Assembly (NCBI GenBank): GCA_030390025.1
Contig: JASTWF010000367.1
Coordinates: 62,001-126,000 of the forward strand
From: Squalus acanthias
Taxonomy: Eukaryota
Direction of reading: 5' to 3'
Length of the DNA: 64,000 nt
How positions within the stretch are numbered: the first letter of the stretch is position 1; each line of letters opens with the position of its first letter. The position numbers and the translations under genes were made by a program. The notes below the pieces were generated by a model that worked only from the letters and a program-made list of their open reading frames with translations, ran no database searches and was not told the DNA's origin. Positions 24,061 to 37,454 of the stretch are shown here, in pieces.

Positions 24061-24770
24061 CAGAACATCAGATACAGGAGCAGGAGTGGGTGACCCGGCC
24101 CCGAGCCTGCTCCACCATTCAAACAGATCAAACAATCCATCTCTCTCAGAACATCAGGAGCCGGAGTGGGTGACCAGGCCCCGACCCTGCTCCACCATCC
24201 AATGAGATCAAACAATCCATCTCTCTCAGAACATCAGGAGCAGGAGTGGGTGACCCGGCCCGAGCCTGCTCCAACATTCAATCAGATCAAACAATCCATC
24301 TCTCTCAGAACATCAGGAGCAGGAGTGGGTGACCCGGCCCCGAGCCTGCTCCACCATTCAATCAGATCAAACAATCCATCTCTCTCAGAACATCAGGAGC
24401 AGGAGTGGGTGACCCGGCCTCGAGCCTGCTCTACCATTCAATCAGATCCAACAATCCATCTTTCTCACAACATCAGGAGCAGGAGTGGGTGACCCGGCCC
24501 CGAGCCTGCTCCACCATTCAATCAGATCAAACAATCCATCTCTCTCAGAACATCAGGAGCAGGAGTGGGTGACCCGGCCCCGAGCCTGCCCCACCATTCA
24601 ATCGCATCAAACAATCCATCTCTCTCCGAACATCAGGAGCAGGAGTGGGTGACCCGGCCCCGAGCCTGCTCCACCATTCAATGAGATCAAACAATCCATC
24701 TCTCTCAGAACATCAGGAGCAGGAGTGGGTGACCCGGCCCTCGAGCCTGCTCCACCATTCAATCAGATCC
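24061..24770. repeat. 80-bp minisatellite (~9 copies) derived from a CR1 3' UTR
   Basis: Unit contains ggagcaggagt...ggccccgagcctgctccaccattcaat, the reverse complement of the CR1 tail; contiguous with the CR1 at 24771. Confidence 0.9.
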
Positions 24771-26836
24771 TGGCTGATCATCGACCTTATTCCACCCAGA
24801 CTCAATCCCCTTCAGAATCGTGTATGTTTCAATGAGATCACCTCTCATTCTTCTAAACTCCAGAGAGTATCGGCCCATTCTACACAATCTCTCACCCCAG
24901 GAATCATTCTAGTGAACCTTTGCTGCACCGCCTCCAAGGCAGGTATATCCTTCCTTAGATAAGGAGACCACAACTGTGCACAGTTCTCCAGGTGTGGTCT
25001 CACCAAGGCCCTGTACAATTGTAGCAAGACTTCCTTACTCTTATACTCCAACCCCCTTTCAATAAAGGCCAACATGCCATTAGCCTTCTTATTGCTTGCA
25101 TGCTAGCTTTCTGTGTTTCTTACACGAGGACACCCAGATCTCTCTGAACACCAACATTTGAAAGTATCTCGCCATTTAAAAATTATTCTGTTTTTTTATT
25201 CTGCCTACCAAAGTGAATAACCTCACATTTCCCTACATTATACTCCATCTGCCACCTTACTGCCCACTCACTCAGTCTATCTATAGCCCTTTGCAGACTC
25301 TGTGTTCTCCTCGGAGCTTACTGTCCCACCTAGCTTTGTATCGTCAGCAAACCTGGATACATTACACTCGGTCCCTTCATCTAGGTCATTAATATAGATT
25401 GTAAATAGCTGAGGCCCCAACACTGATCCACTAGTTACAGCCTGCCAACCTGAAATACATCCGTTTATCCCTACTCTCTGTTTTCTGTCCATTAACCAAT
25501 CCTCTATCCATGCCACTATAATACCCCCAACCTCATGAGCCCTAATCTTTTGTGATAACCTTTTATGTGGCACCTTGTCGATTGCCTTTTGGAAATCCAA
25601 ATATACTACATTCACTGGTTCCCCTTTATCTACCCTGCTAGTGATATTCTCAAAAGACTCTTAATAAATTTGTCAAACATGATTTCCCTTTCATAAAACC
25701 ATGTTGACTCTGCCTAATCATGTTTGATTTTCTAAATGACTTGATACCATTTCCTAAACAATGGATTCCAGTATTTTCCCGATGACTGATGTCAGGCTGA
25801 CTGGCCTGTAGTTCCCTGGTTTTTCTCTCGCTCCTTTCTTGAATAGAGGTGTTACATTTGCGACCTTCCAATCCGCTGGGACCATTCCAGAATTTAGGGA
25901 ATTTTGGAAGATCAAAACCATTGCATCTACGATCTCTTCAGCCACCTCTTTTAGAACCCTAGGATGTAGGCTGTCGGGTCCAGGGGATTTGTCGGCTTTT
26001 AGTCCCATTAGTTTCTCTAGTACTTTTTCTCTCCTTATATTAATTACGTTAAGTTCTTCACCCACATTAGACCCCGAGTTCCCCACCATTTTTGGTGTGC
26101 TTTTTGTGTCTTCTACTGTGAAGACAGGTACAAAATATTTGTTTAATGTTTCTGCCATTTCCTTATTCCCCATAATAATTTCTCCTATCTCAGCCTCTAA
26201 GGGACCAACGTTAACTTTTGCTACTCTCTTCCTTTTTACATACTTGTAGAAGCTCTTACAGTCTGCTTTAATATTTCTTGTTAGTTTTCTCTCATTCCAT
26301 TTTTTCCCTTTTTATCAATTTTTTGGTCAACCTTTGCTGGTTTCTGAAACTCTCCCAATCCTCAGGCTTACTATTATTCTTTGTAGCTTTATAATCTTCT
26401 TATTTCAATCTAATGCTATCCATCACTTCTTTAGTTAGCCAGCGTTAGATCACTTTTCCCGTGGAGTTTTTGTTTCTCAATGGAATGTATTTTTGTTGAG
26501 AATTGTGTAATATTTTTTTTAATGCTAGCCACTGCTTATCGACCGCCATACCTTTTAATCTATTTTTCCAATCTACCTTAGCCAACTCGCCCCTCATACC
26601 TATGTAATTGGCTTTATTTAAGTTTAAGACTCTAGTTTCGGACTTAGGCAAGTCACTCTCAAAATTAATGTGAAGTTCTAACATATTATGATCACTCTGC
26701 CCCAGAGGATCCTTTACTATGAGATTGCTAATTAACCCTGTCTCATTACACAATACAAGATCTAAAATAGCCTGTTCCCTGGTTGGTTCCATGACATTGT
26801 TCTAGGAAACTGTCTCGAATGCATTCCATGAACTCG
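24771..26836 (-). mobile_element. 5'-truncated, degenerate CR1 LINE
   Basis: Minus-strand ORF pieces with GQSDHNM, HPRVLKE, FADD and LVRPHLE. Confidence 0.93.
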
Positions 26837-26844
26837 TTCTACAG

Positions 26845-27000
26845 ACTCTTGGTCCGTAGCCCTCTAGGTTACAGCTCTTCAAGTGTACACCCAACTACTT
26901 TTTAAATGTGCTGAGGGTCTCTGCCTCTACCACACTTTCAGGCAGTGAGTTCCAGACCCCCACCACCCTCTGGGTGAAAAAATTACATCTCCTCTGCACC
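26845..27000 (-). mobile_element. CR1 3' fragment
   Basis: Reverse complement resembles 27420-27560. Confidence 0.7.
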
Positions 27001-27027
27001 CTCTAGTGGATGGACCGGGGAGAAAGG

Positions 27028-27657
27028 TCTTTATAAGCCGAGGCAGAGAATACAAGAGCAGGGAGGTTATGCTTGAACTGTATAAAACACTAGTTAGGCC
27101 GCAGCTAGAAAACTGCGTGCAGTTCTGGTCACCACTTTACAGGAAGGACGTGATTGCACGAGAGAGGGTGCCGAGGAGATTTACGAGGATTTTCCCTGGG
27201 CTGGGGAATATTAGCTATGTGGAAGATTGGATAGGCTGGGGTAATTTTCCCTGCAACAGAGGAGGCTGAGGAGAGACCTAATTGAGGTGTATAAAATTAT
27301 GAGGGGCCTAGATAGAGTGGGTAGGAAAGACCTATTTCCCTTAGCAGAAGGGTCAATAACCAGGGGACATAGATTTAAAGCAGATGGTCGAATGATTAGA
27401 GGGGATTTGAGGAGAAATATTTTCATCCAGAGGGTGGTGGAGGTCTGGAACTCACTGCCTGAAAGGGTGGTAGAGGTAGAGGCAGAGACCCTCATCACAG
27501 TTAAAAAAAATAGTTGGATATACACTTGAAGTGCTGTAACCGACAAGGCAACGGACCAAGTTCTGGAAAGTGGGATTAGGGTGGATAGATCTTTGTCGGC
27601 CGGCACGGACAAGATGGGCCGAATGGCCTCCTTCGGTGCTGTAAATTTCTATGGTTC
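27028..27657 (+). mobile_element. CR1 3' fragment (different subfamily)
   Basis: LVRPQLENCVQFWSP, QRVVEVWNSLP; tail gggccgaatggcctcc...ttctatg. Confidence 0.9.
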
Positions 27658-28090
27658 TGTAACCCGGGGATAATGGTCACAGTGTGATCAGACAGTGTGT
27701 AACCCGGGGAGGATGGGCCCAGTGAGATCAGACAGTGTGTAACCCGGGGAGGATGGGCACAGTGTGATCAGACAGTGTGTAACCCGGTGAGGATAGGCCC
27801 AGTGAGATCAGACAGTGTGTAACCCGGGGAGGATGTGTCCAATGAGATCAGACAGTGTGTAACCCGGGGAGGATGGGCCCAGTGAGATCAGACAGTGTGT
27901 AACCCGGGGAGGATGGGCCCAGTGAGATCAGACAGTGTGTAACCCGGGGATAATGGGCCCAGTGAGATCAGACAGTGTGTAGCCTGGGGAGGATGGGCCC
28001 AGTGAGATCAGACAGTATATAGCCCAGGGAGAATGGGCCTTTGAGATCAGACAGTGTGTAACCCGGGGAGAATGGGCCCAGTGATATCAC
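27657..28090. repeat. 40-bp minisatellite (~11 copies)
   Basis: Unit aacccggggaggatgggcccagtgagatcagacagtgtgt. Confidence 0.95.
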
Positions 28091-28276
28091 ACTGCTACTG
28101 TTTATCTAAAGCACAGAGAGTAATTTGCACATTTGCGCTCAAGACTCTGGGGAACTGAAGAAAGGGACAAAAGCAACAAAAATACTCGGCCTTGAAATTT
28201 AATTTTTAGTAAGCAGAATAAATATTACATTATTTCACGCTTTCAATATTCTCATTTTCTCCTCTGCCATAATTAG

Positions 28277-28357
28277 ATCTACCGGTGAATGACAGACTGA
28301 TTGAGGAAGGTCCACAGCTGGAGTAATCAGGGATTGTAGACTGAGAAACAACAGCAG
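28277..28357 (+). other. Possible non-coding (5' UTR) exon
   Basis: Pyrimidine tract plus TAG ending at 28276 and CAG|GTGAAC after 28357, in unique sequence. Motif evidence only. Confidence 0.25.
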
Positions 28358-29903
28358 GTGAACCTACACAGGATTGTGAGAGCACCAACCAGAGAGAACC
28401 CTTCTGATTCAAAGAGCTTTCAGAGATCGACTGGAGATAAAGATAAGAGAGAGTCCCAAGGACTCGGATACACACTGGTCCTGGAGACAAAGTGAGGCAG
28501 GTATTCGGAGAATGAGACTGGGAGTGTGTGACCACCGAGCACAATTATCCATCCAACATGAAGCCGTGCAATGGAATGTGAAGTGGGATCAGTTTCTCTC
28601 TCTAAACACAGAGTCACAAGTAAATCTTGTGTATGTTTTAATGTAAAGGGGTATGATCTAAGAGGTGACTCTGGGGTAGAGTTTGGGGCAGAGCCCAGCA
28701 GATGGACATGTGTCTGTTTGTTAGGTGGGGCTGAACTCACACTGATACCATCAGATCTCCGTGTTAAAGTAGCTCCGATCTGGTGACAAATCAAGTGGTA
28801 AGATTGAACAGGGAAACTAATTATCGTCAATTCATTGAACACAATGCAGAGACAAACCTATAGCCTGTGACCAGCAGATATGGAGTATTGTCAGATAGTG
28901 AATGCTCAGCACAGCATTATTACATAAGAAGTAGGAGCAGGAGTAGGCCACACAGCCCCTCGAGCCTGTTCCACCATTCAATAAGATCATTGCTGACCAT
29001 CGACCTCAACTCCACTCTCCTGCCCGATCTCCATATCCCTGGATTCCCCAAGAGTCCAAAAATCTATCTATCTCAGCCTTGAATGTACTCAGCATTCACA
29101 GCACTCTGGGGCAGAGAATTCCAAAGATTCACAACCCTCTGAGTGTAGAAATTCCTCCTCATCTCAGTCTTAAATGGCCTACCCCTTATCCTGAGACAAT
29201 TCTCCCTAGTTCTAGACACTCGAGCCAGGGAAACAACCTCTCAGCCTCTACCCTGTCAATCCCCTTCAGAATCTTGTATGTTTCAATGTGATCACCTCTC
29301 ATTCTTCTAAACTCCAGAGAGTATCGGCCCATTCTACACAATCTCTCATCATAAGACAGCCCTCTCATCCCAGGAATCAATCCAGTGAACCTTTGTTGCA
29401 CTGCCTCCAAAGCAAGTATATCCTTCCTTCGATAAGGAGACCAAAACTGTGCACAGTTCTCCAGGTGTGGTCTGACCAATGCCCTGTACAATTGCAGCAA
29501 GACTTCCTTACTCTTATACTCCAACCCCCTTGCAATAATGGTCAACATGCCATTGCCCTTCCTTATTGCTTGCTGTACCTGCATGCTAGCTTTCTGTGTT
29601 TCTTGTACGAGGACACCCAAATCTCTCTGAACACCAACATTTGAAAGTTTCTCACCATTTAAAAAGTATTCTGTTTTTCTATTCTTCCTCACATTTCCCT
29701 ACATTATACTGCATCTGCCACCTTACTGCCCACTCAATTAGTCTATCGATATCCCTTTGCAGACTCTTAGGAATGGATTTTGTCTTGGGGTCGGGTTGGG
29801 GTCGTGTGATCCGCATTTCGTGTTGCCCCCCCCAACTCCAGATTAATGTGGATGAATGATGCAATTTGAACTTAATTGGGCAATTGAGTCCCAGCATGTG
29901 GGA

Positions 29904-30026
29904 TTAAAGCAGGGACAGGGTACTGGATTTGAATGATCAGCCATGATCGTATTGAATGGTGGAGCAGGCTCGACGGGCCGAATGGCTACTCCTGCTCCTA
30001 GATTCTATGTTTCTATGTTTCTATGT
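29904..30026 (+). mobile_element. Extremely 5'-truncated CR1 3' tail inside the MITE
   Basis: gatcagccatgatc...gggccgaatgg...(ttctatgt)3. Confidence 0.88.
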
Positions 30027-30034
30027 AACCCATT

Positions 30035-30460
30035 GGGCTGGATTTTGAATGACCCATGGAGTCGGGTTTGGAGGCGTGTGGGGGGTTAAATTTGCGGGGT
30101 CGGGGGTCCCGACCCCATCCCGCCTCCACGCAATTTTGACAAAATCAGTCGCGGGGTTCCCGACTCCGTCCCGCCTCCCCATCAAAAGCCAGGCAGGTCC
30201 TCTCTCACCAAAAGCCAGGCAGGTCCTCTCTCACCAACAGCCATACAGTCTCTGAGACCAAGCAGTCAGCAATGATGACATCATCAGAGGCGACTTTCAG
30301 ACTGAAACCACTAATTAGTTCATGGGTTCCCACATGCTGGAACTCAATTGCCCAATTAAGTGAAAATTGCATCATTCATCCACATTAATCTGGAGTCGGG
30401 GTAGGAACACGAAATGCAGATGACACAACCGCAACCCGAACCCAAGACAAAATCCAGCCC
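30035..30460. mobile_element. Inner MITE of the same family, opposite orientation
   Basis: Perfect 13-bp TIR gggctggattttg/caaaatccagccc; ATT on both sides (30032-30034, 30461-30463). Confidence 0.82.
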
Positions 30461-32574
30461 ATTGAGTCTGAAAGTCGCCTCTGATTGATGTCATCATTGC
30501 AGAGACTGCCTAGTCTCAGAGATTGCCTGGCTTTTGCTGTGAGTGGAGCTCGATGCTAAATGAGAGAGAGCGTGCGAGAGAGGAGATCGATCCTCTCACA
30601 GCAAGGCCAGGATTCAATGTAGCAGCATCAACTTTCAGACCTAATACTACTACTACCTTCATCATATCTCCGTTGTAATAGTGGACCTGCAGCCGATAGT
30701 CAGCTATCCACTTGTGCTCCCGCCAGGTTTCACTGGAGTGCTTCACATCAGGCGTACTTCACGTCGGAAAAGGGTTAAACTAGCTAAAACTTTTCAAAAT
30801 GGCATTACAGAGCCAATTTAGGGCTTGTTAAGGGCTTTAATGTCCTCTCCCGCCTCTTGGAGGCGGGACAGAGTCGGGAACCCCGCGACTGATTTTGTCA
30901 AAATTGCGTGGAGGCGGGATGGGGTCGGGACCCCCGACCCCGCAACTTTAACCCCCCACACGCCTCCAAACCCGACTACACGGGTCATTGAAAATCCAGC
31001 CCTTTGTGTTCCCCTCACAGCTTACTGTCACACCTAGATTTGTATCGTCAGCAAACTTGGATACATTACACTTGGTCCCTTGATCTAGGTCACTAATATA
31101 GATTGTAAATAGTTGAGGCTCCAACACTGATCCTTGCAGCACACCACTAGTTACAGCCTGCCAACCTGAAAAAGATCCGTTTATCCCTACTCTCTGTTTT
31201 CTGTCCGTTAACCAACCCTCTATCCATGCTGCTGTATTACCCCCAACCCCATGAGCCCTAATCTTGTGTAATAACCTTTTATGTGGCACCTTATCGATTG
31301 CCTTTTGGAAATCCAAATATACTACAGTACATTCGCTGGTTCCCCATTATCTACCCTGCTAGTTACATCCTCAAAAAACTCTCATTTGTCAAATACGATT
31401 TCCCTTTCATAAAACCATGTTGACTCTGCCTAATGATGTTATGATTTTCTAAGTGCCCTGATACCGCTACCTTTACAATGGATTCCTGCATTTTACCGAC
31501 GACTGATGTCAGGCTAACTGGCCTGTAGTTTCCTGTTTTTTCTCTCCCTCCTTTCTTGAATAGCGGTGTTACATTTGCGACCTTCCAATTCGCTGGGATC
31601 GTTCTAGAATCTAGGGAATTTTGGAAGATCGAAACCAATGCATCCACTATCTCTTCAGCCACCTCTTTTAGAACCCTAGGATGTGTGTCATTAGGTCCAG
31701 GGGATTTGACTGCTTTTAGTCCCATTAGTTTCTCTAGTACTTTTTCTCTACTTATATTAATTACGTTAAGTTCCTACCCTTGGTTCCGCACCATTTTTGG
31801 TCTGCTTTTTGTGTCTTCTACTGTGAAGACAGATATTTGTTTAACGTTTCTGCCATTTCCTTATTCTCCTTAATTTCTCCTGTCTCAGCCTCTAAGAGAC
31901 CAACGTTTACTTTTACTATTCTCTTCCTTTTTACATACTTGTAGAGGCTCTTACAATCTGCTTTTATATTTCTTGCTAGTTTTCTCTCATTTCTATTTTT
32001 TCCCTTATCAATTTTTTGGTCAACCTTTGCTGGTTTTTGAATCTCTCCCAACCCTGAGCCTTACTATTATTCTTTGCAACATTATAAGCTTCTTCTTTCA
32101 ATCTAATGCTATCCTTAACTTCTTTAGTTAGGGTGGGGTGCAGGGGGCTGGGCCAGTGGGTGTGGGGGGCGGAGGCCTGGACTAGTGTGGGGGGGTACAG
32201 AGTACAGGGCCGGAGGGGGAGGCGGGGGCCTGGGCCAGTGGAGGGGGCGGGTATCTGAGCCAGTGAGGTGGCGGGTGACTGAGCCAGTTGGGGTGGAGGG
32301 GGCTGTGCCCGTGGGGGGACGGAGGGACAACTTCACTTGAACTGTACAGGATCGGTCAGAAGGTAAGTTCCATGTTGCGGAGCCTCACTACAAATAAAAG
32401 GTGCATTGAATGGGATGTTTGATAAATGCATGAGCGAGAAAGGAAAATAAGGTTATTCTAATGGGGTTAGATGAAGAGCGCTTGCAGCAGGCTCATGTGG
32501 ACCATAAACACCGGCACAGACCACTTGGGCAGAATAGCTTGTTTCTCTGCTGTTAATTCTATGTAAAACAGGAG

Positions 32575-35500
32575 GATCTTTAGACTGTGACTCCTGGTTC
32601 TGGACTCCCCGACCATCGGGAACATCCTTCCTGCATCTAGTTTGTCTAGTCCTGTTAGAATTTTATAATTTTCAATGAGATCCCCTCTTATTCCTCTAAA
32701 CTCCAGCGAGTATAAGCCCAATCGACCCAATCACTCCTCATACATCATTCCTGCCAACCCAGGTATCAGCCTGGTGAATCTTCGCTGCAGTCTCTCCATG
32801 GCAAGAACATCCTTCCTCAGATAAGGCGACCAAAACTGCACATAATACTCAAGGTGTGGTCTCACCAAGGCCCTGTACAACTGCAGCAAGACATCCTTGT
32901 TCCTGTATTCGAATACTCTCGTTACGAAGGCCAACATACCATTTACCTTCTTAACCCCCTGCTGCACCTGCATGCTTACCTTCAGCGACTGGTGCACAAG
33001 GACACCCAGGTCTCGTTGCACTTCCCCTTCTCCCAATCTATTGCCATTCAGATAATAATCTGCCTTCCCGTTTTTGACACCAAAGTGGATAACCTCGCAT
33101 TTATCCACATTATAATGCATCTGCCATGATTCTGTCCAAATCATACTGGAGTTTTTCGGCATCCTCTTCACAGCACACACGCCCACCCAGCTTTGTGTCA
33201 TCTGCAAACTTGGAGATATTACATCTCGTTCCCTCGTCTAGATCATTAATATATATTGTGAATAGCTGGGGTCCTAGGACCGATCCCTGCGGTACCCCAC
33301 TAGTCACTGCCTGCCACTCGGAAAAAGACCCGTTTATTCCAACTCTTTGCCTTCTGTCTGGCAACCAGTTCTCCAGCCAAGTCAATACCTTGCCCACAAT
33401 CCCATGTGCCTTAACTTTACACGCTAATCTCTTAATCGGGACCTTATCGAAAGCCTTCTGGAAGTCCAAATACACCACATCCACTGGTTCTCCCTTATCT
33501 ATTTTACCAGTTACATCTTCAAAAAATTCCAGTAGATTAGTCAATCATGATTTACCTTTTGTAAATCCATGTTGACTTTGTCCGATCCTGTCACTGTTTT
33601 CCAAGTGCTCTGCTATTACATCTTTTATAATGGACTCCAGCATTTTTCCCACTACCGATGTCAGGCTTATTGGTCCATAATTCCCCGTTTTCTCTCTACC
33701 ACCTTTTTTGAATAGTGGGGTAAAATTAGCTACCCTCCAATCCATGGGTACAGTTCCAGAATCTATCGAATTTTGGTAGATGACCAGCAATGCATCTACT
33801 ATTTCTAGGGCCACTTCCTTAAGTACCCTAGGATGTAGATTATCAGGCCCTGGGGATTTATCGGCCTTCAATCCCATCAATTTCGCTAACACCACTTCCC
33901 TACAAATACTGATTTCTTTCAGTTCCTCCCTCTCATTAGACCCTATGTTCCCCGACATCTCTGGGAGGTTATTTGTGTCCTCCTTTGTGAAGACAGAACT
34001 AAAGTATGTATTTAATTGGTCTGCCATTTCTTTGTTCCCCATTATAAATTCCCCTGATTCTGACTGCAAGGGACCTACGTTTGACTTCACCAATCTTTTT
34101 CTCTTCATGTATCTATAAAAGCTTTTACAGTCAGTTTTTATGTTCCCTGCAAGTTTACTCTCATACTCTATTTCCCCCCTCTTAATTAATCCCTTTGCCC
34201 TCCTTTGCTGAATCCTAAACTGCTCCTAATCCTCAGGTTTACTGCTTTTTCTGGCCAATTTATATGTCCTCTCCTTGGATCTTATGCTATCCCTGATTTC
34301 CCTTGTCAGCCATGGATGAGTCACCTTTTTTGTTTTATTTTTATGCCAAACTGGGATGAACAAATTCTGCAGTTCATCCATGCGATCTTTGAATGTTTGC
34401 CATTGCCTATCCACCGTCAGCCCTTTGAGTAACATTCCCCAATCAATCCTAACCAGCTCGCGCCTCATACCATCGTAGTTTCCTATATTTAAATTCAGGA
34501 CCCTAGTCTCCGAGTCAACTACTTCACTCTCCATTTTAATGAAGAATTCTATCATATTATGTTTGCTTCGCCCCAAGGGGCCTCGCACAACAAGATTGCT
34601 AATTAATCCTTTCTCATTACATAATACCCAGTCTAAGATGGCCTGAGCTCTAGTTTGTTCCGTGACATATTGGTCCAGGAAACCAGCCCGTATACACTCC
34701 AGGAATTCCTCCTCCACAGTACTGTTACTAATTTGGTGAGCCCAATCTATATGTAAATTAAAGTCACCCATGATAACTGCTGTGCCCTTATTGCACGCTT
34801 CTCTAATTTCCCTTTTAATGCCATCCCCAAACTCAGCATTACTGTTTGGAGGTCTGTATACCACTCCCACTAATGTTTTCTACCCCTTGGTATTTCTCAG
34901 TTCTACCCATACAGATTCCACATCATCAGAGCTAATATCCTTCCTTACAATTGTGTTAATCCCCTCTTTAACCAGCAATGCTACCCCACCTCCTTTTCCT
35001 TTTAGCCTATCTTTCCTGAATATTGTTTCCATAATCCCAATCATATCATATTCGTTTACCTCTATTTGCGCAGCTAATTCATCCACCTTATTTCGAATGC
35101 TCCTCGCATTAAGACACAGAGCCTTCAGGCTTGTTTTTTTAATGCACTTAGACCTTTTAGAATTATTATTTACTGTGGCCATGTTTGATTTAAACCCTTG
35201 ATTTCTCTGACTGCCACCTTTGTTTTTCTCCTTCCTGTCTTTTGCTTCTATCCTTGTTTCCCTTTTCTCTGTCTCCCTGCTCAGGTTCCCAACCACCTGC
35301 CATTTTAGTTTAAATCCTCCCCCAGAGCACTAGCAAACACTCCACCTAGGACATCGGTCCTGGTCCTGCTCAGGTGCAAACCGTCTGGGTTGTACTGGTC
35401 CCACCTCCCCCAGAACCGGTTCCAATGTCCCAGGAATTTGAATCCCTTCCCCTTGCACCATTCCTCTAGCCACGTATTCATCTGAAATATCCTTCTATTT

Positions 35501-35643
35501 CTACTCTGACTAGCACGTGGCACTGGTAACAATTTACCTCCTAACTCCCTATATTCAGCTTTTAGGACCTCATCCCGTTTTTTACCTATATCGTTGGTAC
35601 CTATATGCACCACGACAACTGGCTGTACACCCTCCCCCTCCAG
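32575..35643 (-). mobile_element. CR1 LINE (end of ORF1 esterase and most of ORF2), truncated at both ends
   Basis: Same family as 16955-21595; APE and RT motifs in minus-strand ORFs. Confidence 0.95.
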
Positions 35644-35644
35644 A

Positions 35645-36196
35645 ATCCACCATCTACAAGGCACAAGTAAGAAGTGTGATGGAATATTCTCCACTTGCCT
35701 GGATGAGTGCGGCTCCAACAACACTGAAGAAGCTCGACACCATCCAGGACAAAGCAGCCCGCTTAATTGGCACCCTATCCACCACCTTAAACATTCACAC
35801 CCTCCACCACCGGCGTACCATGGCTGCAATGTGTACCATCTGCAAGATGCACTGGAGCAACTTGCCAAGGCTTCTTCGGCAGCACCTCCCAAACCTGCGA
35901 ACTCTTCCACCTAGAGGGACAAAGGCAGCAGGTGCATGGGAACACCACCACCTCCAAGTTCCCCTCCAAGTCACACACCATCCTGACCTAGAAGTATATC
36001 GCTGATCCTTCATCGTTGCTGTATCAAAATCCTGGAACTCCCTACCTAACAGCACTGTGGGAGTACTTTCACCACACAGACTGCAGCGGTTCAAGAAGGC
36101 GGCTCACCACCACCTTCTCAAGGGCAATTAGAGATGGGTAATAAATGATGGCCTTGCCAGTGACGCCCAGATGCCATTAGCGAATTAAAAAAAAAA
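35645..36196 (+). mobile_element. 3' part of the second non-LTR family
   Basis: Colinear with 15810-16350; ends in an A-tail. Confidence 0.88.
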
Positions 36197-36589
36197 GGTT
36201 TTATGGGATGGACAATGGAGGCATGGAATATGGAAAAGAATGCCAGGTGAGACCATTTTGAATGCTGTGGAAAGGTGAATGATGGACAAGGAAGGGTTAC
36301 ACACCATGGTCACAGTCACAGAGATTGTAGTTTGTGACTGTTCAGGGCAGATTAGAGTTACATAGAAACTGCAGCAGAGAAACAGTCCATTCGGCCCAAG
36401 TGGTCTATGCTGTGTTTATACTCCAGGGGAACCTCCTTCCACTCTAATTACATCTTGACACCGTGTCCACATATACGTTCGAGGACGTTAGACTCGCGAC
36501 ACCAATATTAAATAACATTCAGAACGCCGGAGATCCAATCCTCCTGGAATGAATTGAGCGAGTTTGCCGCACTCTCCTCACTTCAGAAA

Positions 36590-37390
36590 AAAATGAGGTC
36601 ATTCACGTTGGACCTAAAAAGAATACATCAGCGAATTTTCTAAATGGTTAGAAGTTAGGAACTATGGATGAGCAGAGGGAACTAGGGGTCCAAGTACAGA
36701 AATCATTAGAAGCTGGTGGACAGGCACAGAAAATAAATACAAGTCTAATGGAATGTTGGCCTTTATCTCGAGGGCTGGAATACAAAGGGGTAGAAGTTCT
36801 GTTCCAGCTGTACAGAGCTCTGGTTAGACCCATTTACAGAACTGTGTTTAGTTCTGGGCACCGCACCTCGGGAACAATATCTTGGCTTTGGAGGTGGTGC
36901 AGCTCAGACTCACCAGAATAATACCGGGGCTAAAAGCTTTAAATTATAGGGATATATTGCATAGACTATGCTTTTATTCCCTTGATTATACAAGATTAAG
37001 GGGTGATCTAATTGAGTTGTTTAAGATGATCAAAGGAATTGCTAGGATAGAAAGAGTTAAACTATTTCCTTTGGTGGATTAGTCCAGAAAAAGGGGTCAT
37101 AACCTTAACCGCAGAGCGAGGCCGTTCAGGGGTGATGTTAGAAAGCACGTTTTCAGGCACAGTGTAGTGGAAATCTGGAACACTCGCCCTCAAAAAGCTG
37201 TTGAGCCTCGGTCAATTGAAAATTACAAAACTGTGATTGATAGACTTTTGTTAGGCAATGGTATTTAGGCTTATGGAACCAAGGTGGGTAGATGGAGTTA
37301 AGATACAGTTCAGCCATGATCAAAATTAATGGAGGAACAAAGCTCGAACTGATGAGAGGCCTACTCCTGTTCCTATGTTCCTATATTCCT
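36590..37390 (+). mobile_element. Old CR1 3' fragment
   Basis: LFQLYRALVRP and RLRGDLIELFK remnants plus tail. Confidence 0.8.
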
Positions 37391-37454
37391 ATAAAGCCAA
37401 TGCTCCCATATACTTTTCTAAAAGCATTATTGTCCTGTCCTGCCACCTGCCACC

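Larger units (their letters stand above)
29770..31002. mobile_element. Non-autonomous TIR element (MITE, PIF/Harbinger-like), outer copy
   Basis: Termini ggaatggatttt / aaaatccagccc; flanking 3-mers tta and ttt; no ORF. Confidence 0.7.
28922..32130 (-). mobile_element. CR1 LINE interrupted by a composite insertion at 29770-31002
   Basis: RT motifs on both sides; sequence is colinear across the insertion (cagactc...tttgtg; compare 25290-25310). Confidence 0.92.
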
